Origin: Candidatus Latescibacterota bacterium | Lineage (GTDB): Bacteria; Latescibacterota; UBA2968; GCA-2709665 | Length of the DNA: 64,000 nucleotides | Direction of reading: 5' to 3' | NCBI GenBank assembly: GCA_965248435.1 | Contig: OZ252100.1 | Span: 5,376,001-5,440,000 of the forward strand | Shown: piece by piece, positions 29,930 through 39,951 of the stretch | How the letters are laid out: every line of letters begins with the position of its first letter | Numbering within the stretch: the stretch's first letter is position 1 | The notes under the pieces: generated by a model | What the model was told of the DNA's origin: nothing | Seen by the model: the letters and a program-made list of their open reading frames with translations, nothing else | Database searches by the model: none | Translations under genes and position numbers: made by a program

Positions 29930-30457
29930 ATGGTACTCGATCCTGAAGAGATCAGCCTGATCAAGGACGGCAAAGGTGTCGAGCTCATCCGGCGTGGGGT
30001 TCGACAGGGGATTGCGAAGATCGTCAAGGCGTTCCCGAATAGCAGTCCGCACGGCCACGTTGGACTGTTGGACGAAGATGGGTGCGAGATCGGAATGATC
30101 CGGTCTCTCGAAAAGCTGGATGCCGCGTCACGGGACCTTCTGGATGAAGCTCTGAGGGCCGCCTACTACGTTCCTCCAATCCTTGAGGTTCTTTCCGTAG
30201 AATCTCAAGGCGGCGGTTACGTCTGGCAAGTGTCGATGGAGAGCGGGGAGCTGTCTTTCCGAACACAGGGGGCCCACACCTTGAATACTTCACAGTTTCC
30301 AAAAATTGTCGTCACAGATGAGAACGGGAGGCGATATCGCATCGAAGATTACCCGGCCCTGGATGCCTACAGCAAGGAGGCCCTGCGGGACCTGCTCCCC
30401 GACTACGTCAGGCGGGCCCAGATGGGTCTTTCGAGTCGCGTGAGACGCAAGCCTTGA
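29930..30457 (+). CDS. DUF1854-like protein
   Basis: KAFP..EIGMIRSLEKLD..YYVPPI..WQV..DENGRRYRIED pattern. Confidence 0.6.
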   Translation: MVLDPEEISLIKDGKGVELIRRGVRQGIAKIVKAFPNSSPHGHVGLLDEDGCEIGMIRSLEKLDAASRDLLDEALRAAYYVPPILEVLSVESQGGGYVWQVSMESGELSFRTQGAHTLNTSQFPKIVVTDENGRRYRIEDYPALDAYSKEALRDLLPDYVRRAQMGLSSRVRRKP

Positions 30458-30495
30458 GTGCGACAGGGACCTGGCGTTGATCCAGTTTTAGGCCT

Positions 30496-31851
30496 GTGAT
30501 CGGAATGAGCAGAGCGCCGTTGGTAGTGGCGGGGATCCTCATTGAAATCTGTTTGATCGGCATGCTGATCCTGGGAGATCTTTCCCGGAACGTGCCGATT
30601 TTTTTTGTTCTTTTCTTCTCCGCTTTCGGCATCTACCTGGCTGCCGTATGGAGGGCCAGAGCGGCCCACCTCAAACTTGCCTTCTTGTTCGGATTGATCT
30701 TCCGCGCCACCCTCCTTCCTTCCACACCCAGCTTGTCCGACGACATCTACCGCTATCTTTGGGATGCCCGAGTACAGTCAGAGACAATCAATCCCTATAA
30801 ATATGCACCAGGCGCGCCGGAGTTGGCCCACCTCAGGGAAGACACGATCTACCCCCGAGTCAATCACCCGGACGTGCCAACGATCTATCCGCCCCTCGCG
30901 CAGATCACCTTTCTGGCCTCTACGCTCCTCTCGCCCACGGTGTGGGCGTTGAAGCTTTTTCTTGTCGGACTGGATCTACTCACCGCGTGGCTCTTGATCG
31001 GGCTGCTCCGAACCTACGATTTGCATACCGGACGCATCCTGATCTATCTGTGGAACCCCCTGCTGATCCTCGAGGTCGCAGGCAATGGACACATGGACAT
31101 CCTTGGCGTGACCTTCCTGATCCTTTCATTCCTCTACGTATCAGTTGGAGGCACCGGTCGGGCAGCTTGTGCCCTCGGACTTTCCGTGCTTGGGAAGGGG
31201 TTCGCGATCTGTCTGTTGCCCATGTTCCTGCGGTGGGCGCACGCCAGAAGTCATTCGGAAGAACGGCCAGCTCCCAAGGCCTGGCCGTTCGTTCTGTTTG
31301 GCGGGACGGTGTCGGCGGGAGTGTTGCCCTACGCTGACGTTGGATGGGGCCTGTTTGCAGGTTTGTGGATCTACGCAAAACACTGGGAATTCAACGCCAG
31401 CGTATACGGTCTCCTGAATGGGGTATTAGAACTGGGAGACCTTTCTCGCGTTGCAGTGGGCGTGCTTTTTCTGGGTGCCGTCCTTGCCCTAACATTCAAG
31501 AATGTGCATCCCATCCGGTCCGGATACCTTCTTGCAGGGCTTTTCGTTTTGCTGACCCCGACGCTTCACCCGTGGTACCTGATTTGGATCATCCCCTTCC
31601 TGGTGTTCTACGCGAGCCCGGCGTGGTTGGTGTTCACAGGGTTGGTCGCGCTTTCCTACCACGTTTTGATTCAGTTCCGATCCGCGGGTATTTGGGAGGA
31701 GGCGGGTTGGGTCAAGGCGGTAGAGTATGGTGGCTTCATTGCGGTCTGGATTGCAGAACGAATGTGGCGGGAGTTGAGAAAAGAAAAGGGCCCCCCGGTT
31801 GGAGAGGGCCCTTTGCCAAGCCGTGCGTCGGCTGGTGAGAATGGACTCTAG
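30496..31851 (+). CDS. GT-C fold membrane glycosyltransferase (GT87/DUF2029-like)
   Basis: SDDIYRYLWD, NPY, TIYPP, WNPL, GHMD, HPWY; multi-pass membrane protein. Confidence 0.8.
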   Translation: MIGMSRAPLVVAGILIEICLIGMLILGDLSRNVPIFFVLFFSAFGIYLAAVWRARAAHLKLAFLFGLIFRATLLPSTPSLSDDIYRYLWDARVQSETINPYKYAPGAPELAHLREDTIYPRVNHPDVPTIYPPLAQITFLASTLLSPTVWALKLFLVGLDLLTAWLLIGLLRTYDLHTGRILIYLWNPLLILEVAGNGHMDILGVTFLILSFLYVSVGGTGRAACALGLSVLGKGFAICLLPMFLRWAHARSHSEERPAPKAWPFVLFGGTVSAGVLPYADVGWGLFAGLWIYAKHWEFNASVYGLLNGVLELGDLSRVAVGVLFLGAVLALTFKNVHPIRSGYLLAGLFVLLTPTLHPWYLIWIIPFLVFYASPAWLVFTGLVALSYHVLIQFRSAGIWEEAGWVKAVEYGGFIAVWIAERMWRELRKEKGPPVGEGPLPSRASAGENGL

Positions 31852-33347
31852 CGACTCAGCTTTGCGCCTTCGACCGTCCTGTCCCCTGGCGACGGAAGGG
31901 GCTTTTTAGGCCCATCGTTATTGGAAGGTGGCCTAAGCTCCTTCGAGGTCGGCCCGTTTCCTTCTTCCCTGGACTTAACCAGGTTGCTCAGTTCGTGCAC
32001 GAAATGCAGGTGCTCCTCTGCGGTTTCAGAGACGTCGATGAACAGATCGTGCTTCAGGGCCCGAATCCCCTTCTCGAAGTACTCCCAAACACCGTAGAGA
32101 ACGACGGACGAAAGGAAGAGGCCCAGGCCGCTGCACGCCGCTGTAATCGCCGAGAAGGGGGGCTGGAGGTAGCCAAAGATACCGATCCAGCTCGAGGCGA
32201 GCAGCAGGACAGAGAGGCCGAACATCACGTTACGTTTTCGATACTGGAGGTCCGCGTTCCAATATCGCTCGATCTGCCGACTCCGGACTTTTTCAAGCTG
32301 CAGCATACGTTGATAGGCGGCCTCTGTGAACGTCTCGTCCGGATTCGTGCTCCACTCTGAAATTCGGCGCCAAAGTCGGTAAAGCTGGTACTCGAATTCC
32401 ACGTCTTCGATCACATCTGGCACAAGGAAAGACTTTTTTCCGAAGCTCTTGTGGATCTCGGGGATATATTTGCAGTGGAACGGAGCCCTACGGCTGGTCT
32501 TTTCGCCTGGGCGGAGGTTTGGATCCTTATTCAGTGCAATGAAAGGCTGCTTGATTCGGTGTTCCCCGTTTTTTGCGCTTGAGGATGTGGCGTAAGAAAT
32601 CGTGTAGCGCAGTGTATCGTCCATCGCCTCGAAGGAGATGTCATCGGTTTCGGATACCACGACAACGAAGGGGGATAGGATAGATGCAGCCAGACCTATG
32701 TCGTCGAAAGCCGACGCACAATCCACGATGATGTAATCGTAATGGTTAAGGGATTTGATAGCGGAGATGAGCAGTGAGAACGCTTCCACGACGAGGCTGA
32801 GGTTGTGGCCACTTCTCTCTCGAAGGAAGATGCTGCTGCTGATGGAGGACTGCTGTTCCTTCGTGTAGTAGGATGGCAAGATGTCAATTCTCTTGCCGTT
32901 CGGTGCCTTGTCTATCGAAAGGAGCTGGCTTCGGTCGTGGATCCCCTTAAGCCACTCGCCCATTTGTTCACCTTCGATCCCAAGAAGGCAGTTGTAATAT
33001 GAGCGCAGGTTCTCAGCGATGACCTTCCGCCCTGGAAAGATCAGGTTCGTGAGGGTCTTTGTCGTAAAATCGGCGTCGAGCAGCAGGACGTTGTAGCCGC
33101 AGAGCTGAAGAATTCTGCCCAGGTTGGAGGCCAGGATCGTTTTGCCAGAGCCGCCTTTCGGGCTCAGGAAGGAGATGAGCTTGCAATCAGTGCCCACAGC
33201 GCCCGCTGAGACCTTGAATTTGAGGTCGTGACTCTCTCTGGAGAGTCTGATTTCTAGCGTGCCCTGGTCCAGGCCGGAAGTCTGGGCGGAGGCTTCCGGT
33301 TGCTCGCCGGACGAGGCCCCTTTTGTGCTAAGCATGACTTCCTCCAC
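31848..33347 (-). CDS. ParA/MinD-like P-loop ATPase with two C-terminal TM helices
   Basis: SPKGGSGKT deviant Walker A, LLDAD, YDYIIVDC, LNK; hydrophobic pair NVMFGLSVLLL.. and ..GLGLFLSSVVLYGVW. Confidence 0.75.
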   Translation of the reverse strand: MEEVMLSTKGASSGEQPEASAQTSGLDQGTLEIRLSRESHDLKFKVSAGAVGTDCKLISFLSPKGGSGKTILASNLGRILQLCGYNVLLLDADFTTKTLTNLIFPGRKVIAENLRSYYNCLLGIEGEQMGEWLKGIHDRSQLLSIDKAPNGKRIDILPSYYTKEQQSSISSSIFLRERSGHNLSLVVEAFSLLISAIKSLNHYDYIIVDCASAFDDIGLAASILSPFVVVVSETDDISFEAMDDTLRYTISYATSSSAKNGEHRIKQPFIALNKDPNLRPGEKTSRRAPFHCKYIPEIHKSFGKKSFLVPDVIEDVEFEYQLYRLWRRISEWSTNPDETFTEAAYQRMLQLEKVRSRQIERYWNADLQYRKRNVMFGLSVLLLASSWIGIFGYLQPPFSAITAACSGLGLFLSSVVLYGVWEYFEKGIRALKHDLFIDVSETAEEHLHFVHELSNLVKSREEGNGPTSKELRPPSNNDGPKKPLPSPGDRTVEGAKLSR

Positions 33348-33388
33348 TTCGGGTGGGGAGTTGGGGAGATAAGCACCTTATTTCGAAC

Positions 33389-33417
33389 AATTTATGAGGT
33401 CATCTCGGACCTGTCAA
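33389..33417 (-). promoter_or_regulatory. sigma70-type promoter
   Basis: Minus strand TTGACA-17-TAAATT. Confidence 0.65.
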
Positions 33418-33503
33418 GCGGAAATTAAGCAAACTATTGGCTTTCCAAAGCCCAGTTTGGTGCTGATCCGGGCGGGGTTGTGTCGGTTCATCCCTGCGAT
33501 GCA

Positions 33504-34319
33504 TCAGGTTTCGACCGGAAAAACCTCTGGCAGGAGCCGGTCTAAGGGAGATTGAAACCTGAAGGTCTCTGTGAGGTTCCGGTATGCCCTTATCGAGTTC
33601 CTGGACTTTGCCTGAGTTTGTCGCAGGGCCCGAATCATCACGTTTTTGGGGGTATAACTGGCCGGGATGAAGGTAATGACCTTGACCTTATACTCTGCCG
33701 CTTCAAGGGCCAGGGTTCGGGCCCCTTCGGTTAGCATAGCCGTAAGGTGATTCCGGAAGACACCGTGTTTGGAGATATCGCTGAATGGGTGCCCCCCGTT
33801 CATATGACGTCCGACGTAGCTCTGGCAACAGGGGACCAGAATAATGCCTCGAGCATTTAACCGGATCCCGGCGGCAAGGGCCTCGTCTGTCGCCGTATCA
33901 CAGGCGTGTAACGCATAGATGATGTCAGGTTTTTGGGAGGGACATACCTCCAGAATGCCTCCTGCGTGGAACTCCATGTTTTCGAACTCGAGTTCATCGG
34001 CCACGCTCCGACTGGCTTCAACCAGATCTTCACGGTGGTCCACCCCAATAAAATGAGCCGGTCTCTCCAGCTTTCGGGTGAGAATGGCGTTCAAGACAAA
34101 CGACAGGTAACTGCGCCCACAGCCGGCGTCGAGGAGCACCAGGGGTTTGTTCTTCTTCATGTACCGAGCAAGCGCCAGCAGGTGAGTAAGAAACGCCATG
34201 ACTTCGTGGTACTTTTTTTCGTGATCTTTGAATAGCTCGCCGCCGGACGAGAGCAGGCCGATGGCCTTCAGGATCTCCTGGAATTCGGTCTGGCTGAAGA
34301 AGGGGTTGTCTTTTAGCAA
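33504..34319 (-). CDS. class I SAM-dependent methyltransferase (Methyltransf_32-like)
   Basis: LLDAGCGRSYL, ALHACDTATD, VPCCQ, TPKN. Confidence 0.85.
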   Translation of the reverse strand: MLKDNPFFSQTEFQEILKAIGLLSSGGELFKDHEKKYHEVMAFLTHLLALARYMKKNKPLVLLDAGCGRSYLSFVLNAILTRKLERPAHFIGVDHREDLVEASRSVADELEFENMEFHAGGILEVCPSQKPDIIYALHACDTATDEALAAGIRLNARGIILVPCCQSYVGRHMNGGHPFSDISKHGVFRNHLTAMLTEGARTLALEAAEYKVKVITFIPASYTPKNVMIRALRQTQAKSRNSIRAYRNLTETFRFQSPLDRLLPEVFPVET

Positions 34320-34366
34320 GATCTGATTACCTCCGTCTCTGGATTCGGCCTCTCAGGGTTGCCGGC

Positions 34367-34395
34367 AAAGTAGAAAAGGGGGTCTCCCTTGTCAA
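34367..34395 (-). promoter_or_regulatory. sigma70-type promoter
   Basis: Minus strand TTGACA-17-TACTTT. Confidence 0.6.
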
Positions 34396-34557
34396 GGCGA
34401 ATGGGTCGATTCTGGCAAAAAGCGCTTGACTGGAGGGACACAAATCTGTAGATTCATTCGATTTGGTTTTATCCTCAATAAAATAAGGAGGATATATACA
34501 TTTCAAGAGGCGTAATTCAAGTGTCTTTGCTGAAACTTGGCAACCCGGAATCGATGT

Positions 34558-35612
34558 GCTGGATTCAATGACTAAGTGCAACACTTGGACTTGAAGACTT
34601 CAGCTGGTGTTTTGAAGTTAAGACATTTTCTTGGTCGGTTGTTGATCCGGTTCTGAATTTTCTTTAACTCGTGTTTGCTGACCTTTGAGAAGTCTGTCTT
34701 CTTGGGGAGGTATCTGCGGACCAGACCGATAGCGTTTTCCACAGCGCCTCGCTCCCAGCTGTGGAACGGTTTGCAGAAATAGGATTTGGTGCCAAGCACC
34801 TCGTTGACCCGTTGATGTTGGCCGTTTTCGGATCCGTTGTCATATGTGATGCTCTTCCTCATGTGGGGAGGATGTCGCCCAAGGCGTCGATTAATCGCTT
34901 CGGCGACCTCCGAGGGTCCGTTCTTTGCCAGCTTAGCCAGGTGTAGGTATCTCGACGATCGCTCAAGACAAGCGCCAACGGCCTGTTTGCTCTCACGAGA
35001 GATGATGGTGTCGGATTCCCAGTGGCCAGGTTGTTTCCGTTTTTCGATGTAACGGGGACGTCGATCGATCGAAATACGGCCTGGAATGTGGCTTTCCCGG
35101 TGTTTTCGGGTATGCCACCGCGGCTTTCGTTTTTTGTGAGCTCGGGATAAGCAAGCAACCAGATCCCGCTGCTTGTGCACCTTTGGATCGTAGATATACT
35201 GGTAGATGGCTTCGTGGCTGATACCCGCGCTCGGACGCTCCTCGGGAAGCCTCCCAGCGATCAACTCGGGAGACCATCCTTGCTTGAGTTTGGTCTCGAC
35301 ATATCGCCGGATAACCGGATTCTTCAGCCGTTTCCGCTTGCCGGCCTCCCGCTTACGTTTCTCAGCCCTTCTGTGAGCCTGGAGGCCCGAGTAACTCTCA
35401 GCTATCGGGGACGGATTACGTTTCAACTCTCTTGAAATCGTGCTGGCGCTCCGGTCAAGGGCCTTGGCAATATCTCTAAGGCTTGCACCAGTGGCTCGAC
35501 AAAGCGCAATCTGCTCGCGTTCGTCTATCGTAAGATGCTTGTAATTGTTTCCCATACACTTAGGATAGGACAGTTGCTACCCTAAGTGTTGCACTTCCTT
35601 ATTGAACTCGGG
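34558..35612 (-). mobile_element. IS30-family insertion sequence, complete
   Basis: Imperfect terminal IRs GCTGGATTCAATGACTAAGTGCAACACTT and CCCGAGTTCAATAAGGAAGTGCAACACTT. TGT direct repeat at 34555-34557 and 35613-35615. Single transposase ORF. Confidence 0.9.
34572..35555 (-). CDS. IS30-family transposase
   Basis: HTH (RSASTISRELKRN), WSPE, ISHEAIY; DDE triad in HWESD / YDNGSE / ERGAVEN; NNRPRKCL. Confidence 0.96.
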   Translation of the reverse strand: MGNNYKHLTIDEREQIALCRATGASLRDIAKALDRSASTISRELKRNPSPIAESYSGLQAHRRAEKRKREAGKRKRLKNPVIRRYVETKLKQGWSPELIAGRLPEERPSAGISHEAIYQYIYDPKVHKQRDLVACLSRAHKKRKPRWHTRKHRESHIPGRISIDRRPRYIEKRKQPGHWESDTIISRESKQAVGACLERSSRYLHLAKLAKNGPSEVAEAINRRLGRHPPHMRKSITYDNGSENGQHQRVNEVLGTKSYFCKPFHSWERGAVENAIGLVRRYLPKKTDFSKVSKHELKKIQNRINNRPRKCLNFKTPAEVFKSKCCT

Positions 35613-35737
35613 TGTTCGGTTCGGGGCCTCTCTTTTCCGGGAACCACACACACTAACTCAGCCGACAAAATTCGGGAACCTGTAATTCCTTTCGGCGTCT
35701 TTAAATTCTGACTTGCTTTGGGGAGGGTCAATCGTCG

Positions 35738-36235
35738 ATGATGCGAAAGTACGCGACTGTATGGATGCTCTGTTTCGGAGCCCTGATTGCGGCGTGCAGT
35801 CAGGAATCTCCGGACGAGCTGCTGACCAAGGGGGAGGATGCGACACACAGTGTGTCTACCTATCCCCAGGCAGAACGCTATCTCGTCAAATTTTTGGATA
35901 TTTATCCAGATGATCCCCGGGCAGATGTCGCCCTGCAGGCCCTCGCACGGGTCCTTCTTGGACAGAAAAAACATCAAGATGCGATTCAGCGGTATGATGA
36001 GCTGATCACGCGGTTCCCGAACAGCCGGTACGTGGATCAAGCCCAGTTCATGGTTGGCTATATCCACGACCAGCAAGGCAGACTTGATCTTGCGAGAGAA
36101 GCCTACCTGAAGCTGATAGAGGCGTATCCCGAATCAGATTTGATAGATGACGCACGGGCGTCGGTCGAAAATTTGGGTAAGGTCCCGGAGGCTTGGCTGT
36201 TTCCGGATTCTGCTCACGCGGAAGCCGGAGAATAG
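35738..36235 (+). CDS. TPR lipoprotein (BamD/CpoB-like)
   Basis: Lipobox IAAC; repeated YPDDP / FPNS / YPES TPR turns. Confidence 0.75.
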   Translation: MMRKYATVWMLCFGALIAACSQESPDELLTKGEDATHSVSTYPQAERYLVKFLDIYPDDPRADVALQALARVLLGQKKHQDAIQRYDELITRFPNSRYVDQAQFMVGYIHDQQGRLDLAREAYLKLIEAYPESDLIDDARASVENLGKVPEAWLFPDSAHAEAGE

Positions 36236-36328
36236 GTCTCCGCTCGATAGGCTCAGATTCCCACTCCGGAAGGCCTGCATTCCAGGCACTCCGATTTCCG
36301 ATTTGCTCTCTCGCGGCAGGTATGAACC

Positions 36329-37324
36329 ATGCAGATGGCGGAGGACATACAGGCAGTCAATGAGAAGGTCTCTCGAGAGAGCGCCTTTGTAGATAGGGTG
36401 GTCAAGGGCGTAGGTGAGGTGATTGTTGGTCAGCAAGAGATGATCGAGCGTCTTTTGATCGGGCTTCTCTGCAATGGGCACGTATTGCTCGAGGGCGTCC
36501 CGGGATTGGCGAAGACGTTAACGATCAACACTCTGGCTCAGACCATCGATGCGACCTTCCAGCGCATTCAGTTTACCCCTGATCTGCTGCCAGCCGACCT
36601 GATCGGGACGATGATCTACCATCAGCCGAGCGGCGAGTTCGTGCCCAAGAAGGGGCCGATCTTCGCGCAGCTGGTTCTCGCGGACGAGGTCAACCGAGCG
36701 CCTGCGAAGGTTCAAAGTGCGATGCTGGAGGCCATGCAAGAACGGCAGGTTACGATTGGGGATCAAACCTTCCTGATGGAAGACCCCTTTCTCGTGCTGG
36801 CAACGCAAAATCCGATTGAGCAAGAAGGTACGTATCCTTTGCCTGAAGCCCAGGTCGATCGATTCATGATTAAGTTCAAGGTCACCTATCCCAGTCGTGA
36901 AGAGGAGCGGGCGATCGTAGATCGGATGAGCGGCGGGTCGGTACCGTCCGCCAGGCCCCTGGTCAGTACCGAGGACATTCAACGCGCCAGGTCTGTTGTA
37001 GAGGAAATCTACATCGACGGGAAACTGAAAGATTACATCGTAGACCTGGTTCTTGCGACACGGGATCCTGCGAAGTATGATCTGGAAGACCTCGTCGGGC
37101 TCATCGAATACGGGTGTTCTCCGAGGGGCTCCATTTACCTGACGAAGGCGGCAAGGGCCCATGCGTTTTTACGAGGCAGGGGTTATACGACGCCCGAGGA
37201 CGTCAAGGCTGTAGGGATGGACATCTTAAGACACCGGATCATCGCCACCTACGAGGCAGAGGCCGAAGAGATCACACCGGAAGACGTGATTCAACGCGTT
37301 TTTGAAAAGATCGAGGTTCCCTGA
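36329..37324 (+). CDS. moxR: MoxR family AAA+ ATPase
   Basis: HVLLEGVPGLAKT, RIQFTPDLLPAD, DEVNRAPAKVQS, ATQNPIEQEGTYPLPEAQVDRF. Confidence 0.95.
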   Translation: MQMAEDIQAVNEKVSRESAFVDRVVKGVGEVIVGQQEMIERLLIGLLCNGHVLLEGVPGLAKTLTINTLAQTIDATFQRIQFTPDLLPADLIGTMIYHQPSGEFVPKKGPIFAQLVLADEVNRAPAKVQSAMLEAMQERQVTIGDQTFLMEDPFLVLATQNPIEQEGTYPLPEAQVDRFMIKFKVTYPSREEERAIVDRMSGGSVPSARPLVSTEDIQRARSVVEEIYIDGKLKDYIVDLVLATRDPAKYDLEDLVGLIEYGCSPRGSIYLTKAARAHAFLRGRGYTTPEDVKAVGMDILRHRIIATYEAEAEEITPEDVIQRVFEKIEVP

Positions 37325-37328
37325 GGCC

Positions 37329-38210
37329 ATGCTTCCCGCGGAGATTTTGAGGAAGGTAAAGCAGATCGAGATTCGAACGCGTCACCTCGTGAATACAGTT
37401 TTCTCTGGAGAATATCACTCTGTGTTCAAGGGAAAGGGAATGGCTTTTGCCGAGGTCCGCGAATATGAATTAGGAGATGATACGCGGAACATCGACTGGA
37501 ACGTCACGGCCAGGATCGGACACCCGTTTGTAAAGGTCTACGACGAGGAGCGCGAGCTAACGGTCATGTTGATGGTAGACGCGAGCGGTTCCGAGGAATT
37601 CGGTACGGTAGAGGGGATGAAGGGGGAGATTGGAGTTGAGATTTGTGCCCTGCTCGCATTTTCTGCCATTCATAACAACGATCGCGTCGGTTTGATCATC
37701 TTCACCGACGAAGTGGAGGCCTTTATTCCTCCTAAGAAAGGGAGGAAACACGTGCTTCGGGTGATCCGTGAGCTTCTCTATTTTCGACCCAGCCGTAGAG
37801 GCACAGACATCGCAGCCGCGCTGAGTTTTCTAAACCAGGTCGCAAGGCGCAAATGCGTCGTCTTTCTCGTCTCCGATTTTATGGGCAGAGGCTTCGAGAT
37901 GCCGCTTAAAGTGGCCGGCCGAAGACACGACCTGATCTCGATCGCAATTCATGATCCGAGAGAGTTTGAGTTGCCTGATGTGGGCATCATCGAACTGGAA
38001 GATGCCGAGACTGGCGAAGAGATCCTGGTGGATACATCTGACAGGCACCTTCGAACGGCATTCTCAAGCAACTTTGAGGAACGGGCGAAAACACGCAATC
38101 GACTTTTTGAGTCTGCTGGGGTAGACAAGATTGATATAAGTACAGCGTCTTCGTATGTTGATCCTTTGAATCGCTTTTTCAGGATGCGGACTCGTAGGCT
38201 GAGGGCTTAA
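37329..38210 (+). CDS. DUF58 protein (MoxR/Bat-associated)
   Basis: GEYHSVFKGKG, EVREY..GDD, IDWNVTAR, SDF. Confidence 0.92.
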   Translation: MLPAEILRKVKQIEIRTRHLVNTVFSGEYHSVFKGKGMAFAEVREYELGDDTRNIDWNVTARIGHPFVKVYDEERELTVMLMVDASGSEEFGTVEGMKGEIGVEICALLAFSAIHNNDRVGLIIFTDEVEAFIPPKKGRKHVLRVIRELLYFRPSRRGTDIAAALSFLNQVARRKCVVFLVSDFMGRGFEMPLKVAGRRHDLISIAIHDPREFELPDVGIIELEDAETGEEILVDTSDRHLRTAFSSNFEERAKTRNRLFESAGVDKIDISTASSYVDPLNRFFRMRTRRLRA

Positions 38211-38232
38211 ACCGAATGATGAGGGCTAAAGC

Positions 38233-39180
38233 GTGATTGAAGTCGAGCATTTGACCAAGCGATACGGGCCTCACACCGCTGTGAACGATATCTCCTTTCG
38301 GGTTGAGCGGGGGCAGATCGTCGGATTTTTGGGTCCGAACGGCGCGGGCAAGACCACGACGATGCGGATTCTGACCTGCTACCAGCCCGCGTCAGAGGGA
38401 TCTGCCCGCATCGCCGGATATGACATATTTGATCAGCCGCTCGAAGTCAAGCGGCGAATCGGTTACCTGCCTGAACTTCCCCCGGTCTACGTGGACATGA
38501 AGGTAAGGTCCTACCTGGATTTTGCAGCCACGATCAAAGGAGTTTCCAAGCGGACGCGTAAAGGACGCATCGCAGATGTGATGGACCGATGCGGCATTTC
38601 AGACAGGGCGGATCAGCTGATCGGGCAGCTTTCCAAGGGGTATCGGCAGCGCGTCGGTCTTGCGCAGGCGATTGTTCACAACCCCGATGTCATCGTTCTC
38701 GATGAACCGACGATCGGGCTGGACCCAAACCAGATCCGTGAGGTGCGAAAGTTGATCCGGAGTCTGAGTCCCGATCACACGGTCATCCTAAGCACGCACA
38801 TTCTGCCAGAAGTCGAGATGACCTGCGACCGCGTGGTCATCATCAATAAGGGGCGAATTTCTGCCGAAGATGCTACCGACAACCTCACGTCAAGGTTTAA
38901 GGGAAACGAACGATACTATTTGGAAATTGCAGGCGAGGCGCAGGATGCCGTTCGCGCCCTTCGAGAAGTTCCCGATGTCGTGGAAGTTACGAGGTCCGGA
39001 GATCCCCAGCGTGATGACGTCGTTCGACTGTTTGTTGACGCCTCGATGCGCCGTGACATCCGAGCAGATCTTGCGGCAAAGGTCGTCGAAGAGGGTCTGG
39101 GTCTGCTCGAACTGCGTAGGCTCGAGATGAGCCTCGAAGATATCTTCCAGGAGTTGACGACGAGCGAGGAGAAGGCCTAA
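38233..39180 (+). CDS. ABC transporter ATP-binding protein (GldA-like)
   Basis: GPNGAGKTT, LSKGYRQRVG, LDEPT, STH. Confidence 0.92.
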   Translation: MIEVEHLTKRYGPHTAVNDISFRVERGQIVGFLGPNGAGKTTTMRILTCYQPASEGSARIAGYDIFDQPLEVKRRIGYLPELPPVYVDMKVRSYLDFAATIKGVSKRTRKGRIADVMDRCGISDRADQLIGQLSKGYRQRVGLAQAIVHNPDVIVLDEPTIGLDPNQIREVRKLIRSLSPDHTVILSTHILPEVEMTCDRVVIINKGRISAEDATDNLTSRFKGNERYYLEIAGEAQDAVRALREVPDVVEVTRSGDPQRDDVVRLFVDASMRRDIRADLAAKVVEEGLGLLELRRLEMSLEDIFQELTTSEEKA

Positions 39181-39948
39181 ATGCGAAACGTGGGTGCCAT
39201 TTTCTGGAAAGAAATGCGGTCCTATTTCGGATCCCCCATCGCCTATGTGGTCGCCGGGGTCTATCTGCTCTTTATGGGATTTATGTTTCGGAACCTGGTC
39301 CTGGACTTCAACCAGCTCAGCATTACTTTTATGCAGCGTCAGCAGACGCCTCGAATAAACGTCCATGAATTCGTATTGAACAATTTTTTCGGCGTTCAAA
39401 ACTTCGTGTGGATGATCATAACGCCGATGCTCACGATGCGGCTCCTGGCGGAAGAGAAACGGAGTGGAACGATTGAGCTGTTGATGACGTCGCCCCTTAC
39501 GATCTGGCAGGTCCTGGTGGGGAAATTCACGGCCAGTCTAAGTCTCTATCTATTGATCGAAGCCTGTGCCTTTACCCTGCTCGGGTTTCTGAGCCTCTAC
39601 ACAGATCTCGACTGGGGTCCCATATTTTCGGCCGCTTTGGCCGTTTTGCTGATGGGGGCGACATTCATCAGTGTCGGAATTTTTGCCTCTTCGCTGACAG
39701 AGAATCAAGTGATCGCGGTTCTCCTTTCGTTTTTCCTGCTGATCCTTTTGTGGGTCATCGATTTGGCCGCAAAATTTTCCGGGCCGCTTGTTGCTGGAAT
39801 TTTGAGGTATCTCTCCTATTTGAAACACATGTCAGACATGACCCGAGGTGTGATCGATACGAGCGATATTGTCTTCTTTCTGAGCATGACCGGCTTCTTC
39901 ATGTTTCTCACATACACTGTGCTCGAATCTAGGCGGTGGAGGCAGTAG
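39181..39948 (+). CDS. ABC-2 permease (GldF-like)
   Basis: KEMRSYFGSPIAY, TMRLLAEEKRSGTIELL, SSLTENQVIA. Confidence 0.88.
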   Translation: MRNVGAIFWKEMRSYFGSPIAYVVAGVYLLFMGFMFRNLVLDFNQLSITFMQRQQTPRINVHEFVLNNFFGVQNFVWMIITPMLTMRLLAEEKRSGTIELLMTSPLTIWQVLVGKFTASLSLYLLIEACAFTLLGFLSLYTDLDWGPIFSAALAVLLMGATFISVGIFASSLTENQVIAVLLSFFLLILLWVIDLAAKFSGPLVAGILRYLSYLKHMSDMTRGVIDTSDIVFFLSMTGFFMFLTYTVLESRRWRQ

Positions 39949-39951
39949 GCC

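Noticed and set aside
34327-34557. AT-rich segment with AAGGAGG next to the IS, possibly a small gene or IS remnant
   Set aside because: No properly spaced start codon follows the SD-like word and there is no transposase similarity; it is most likely promoter DNA.
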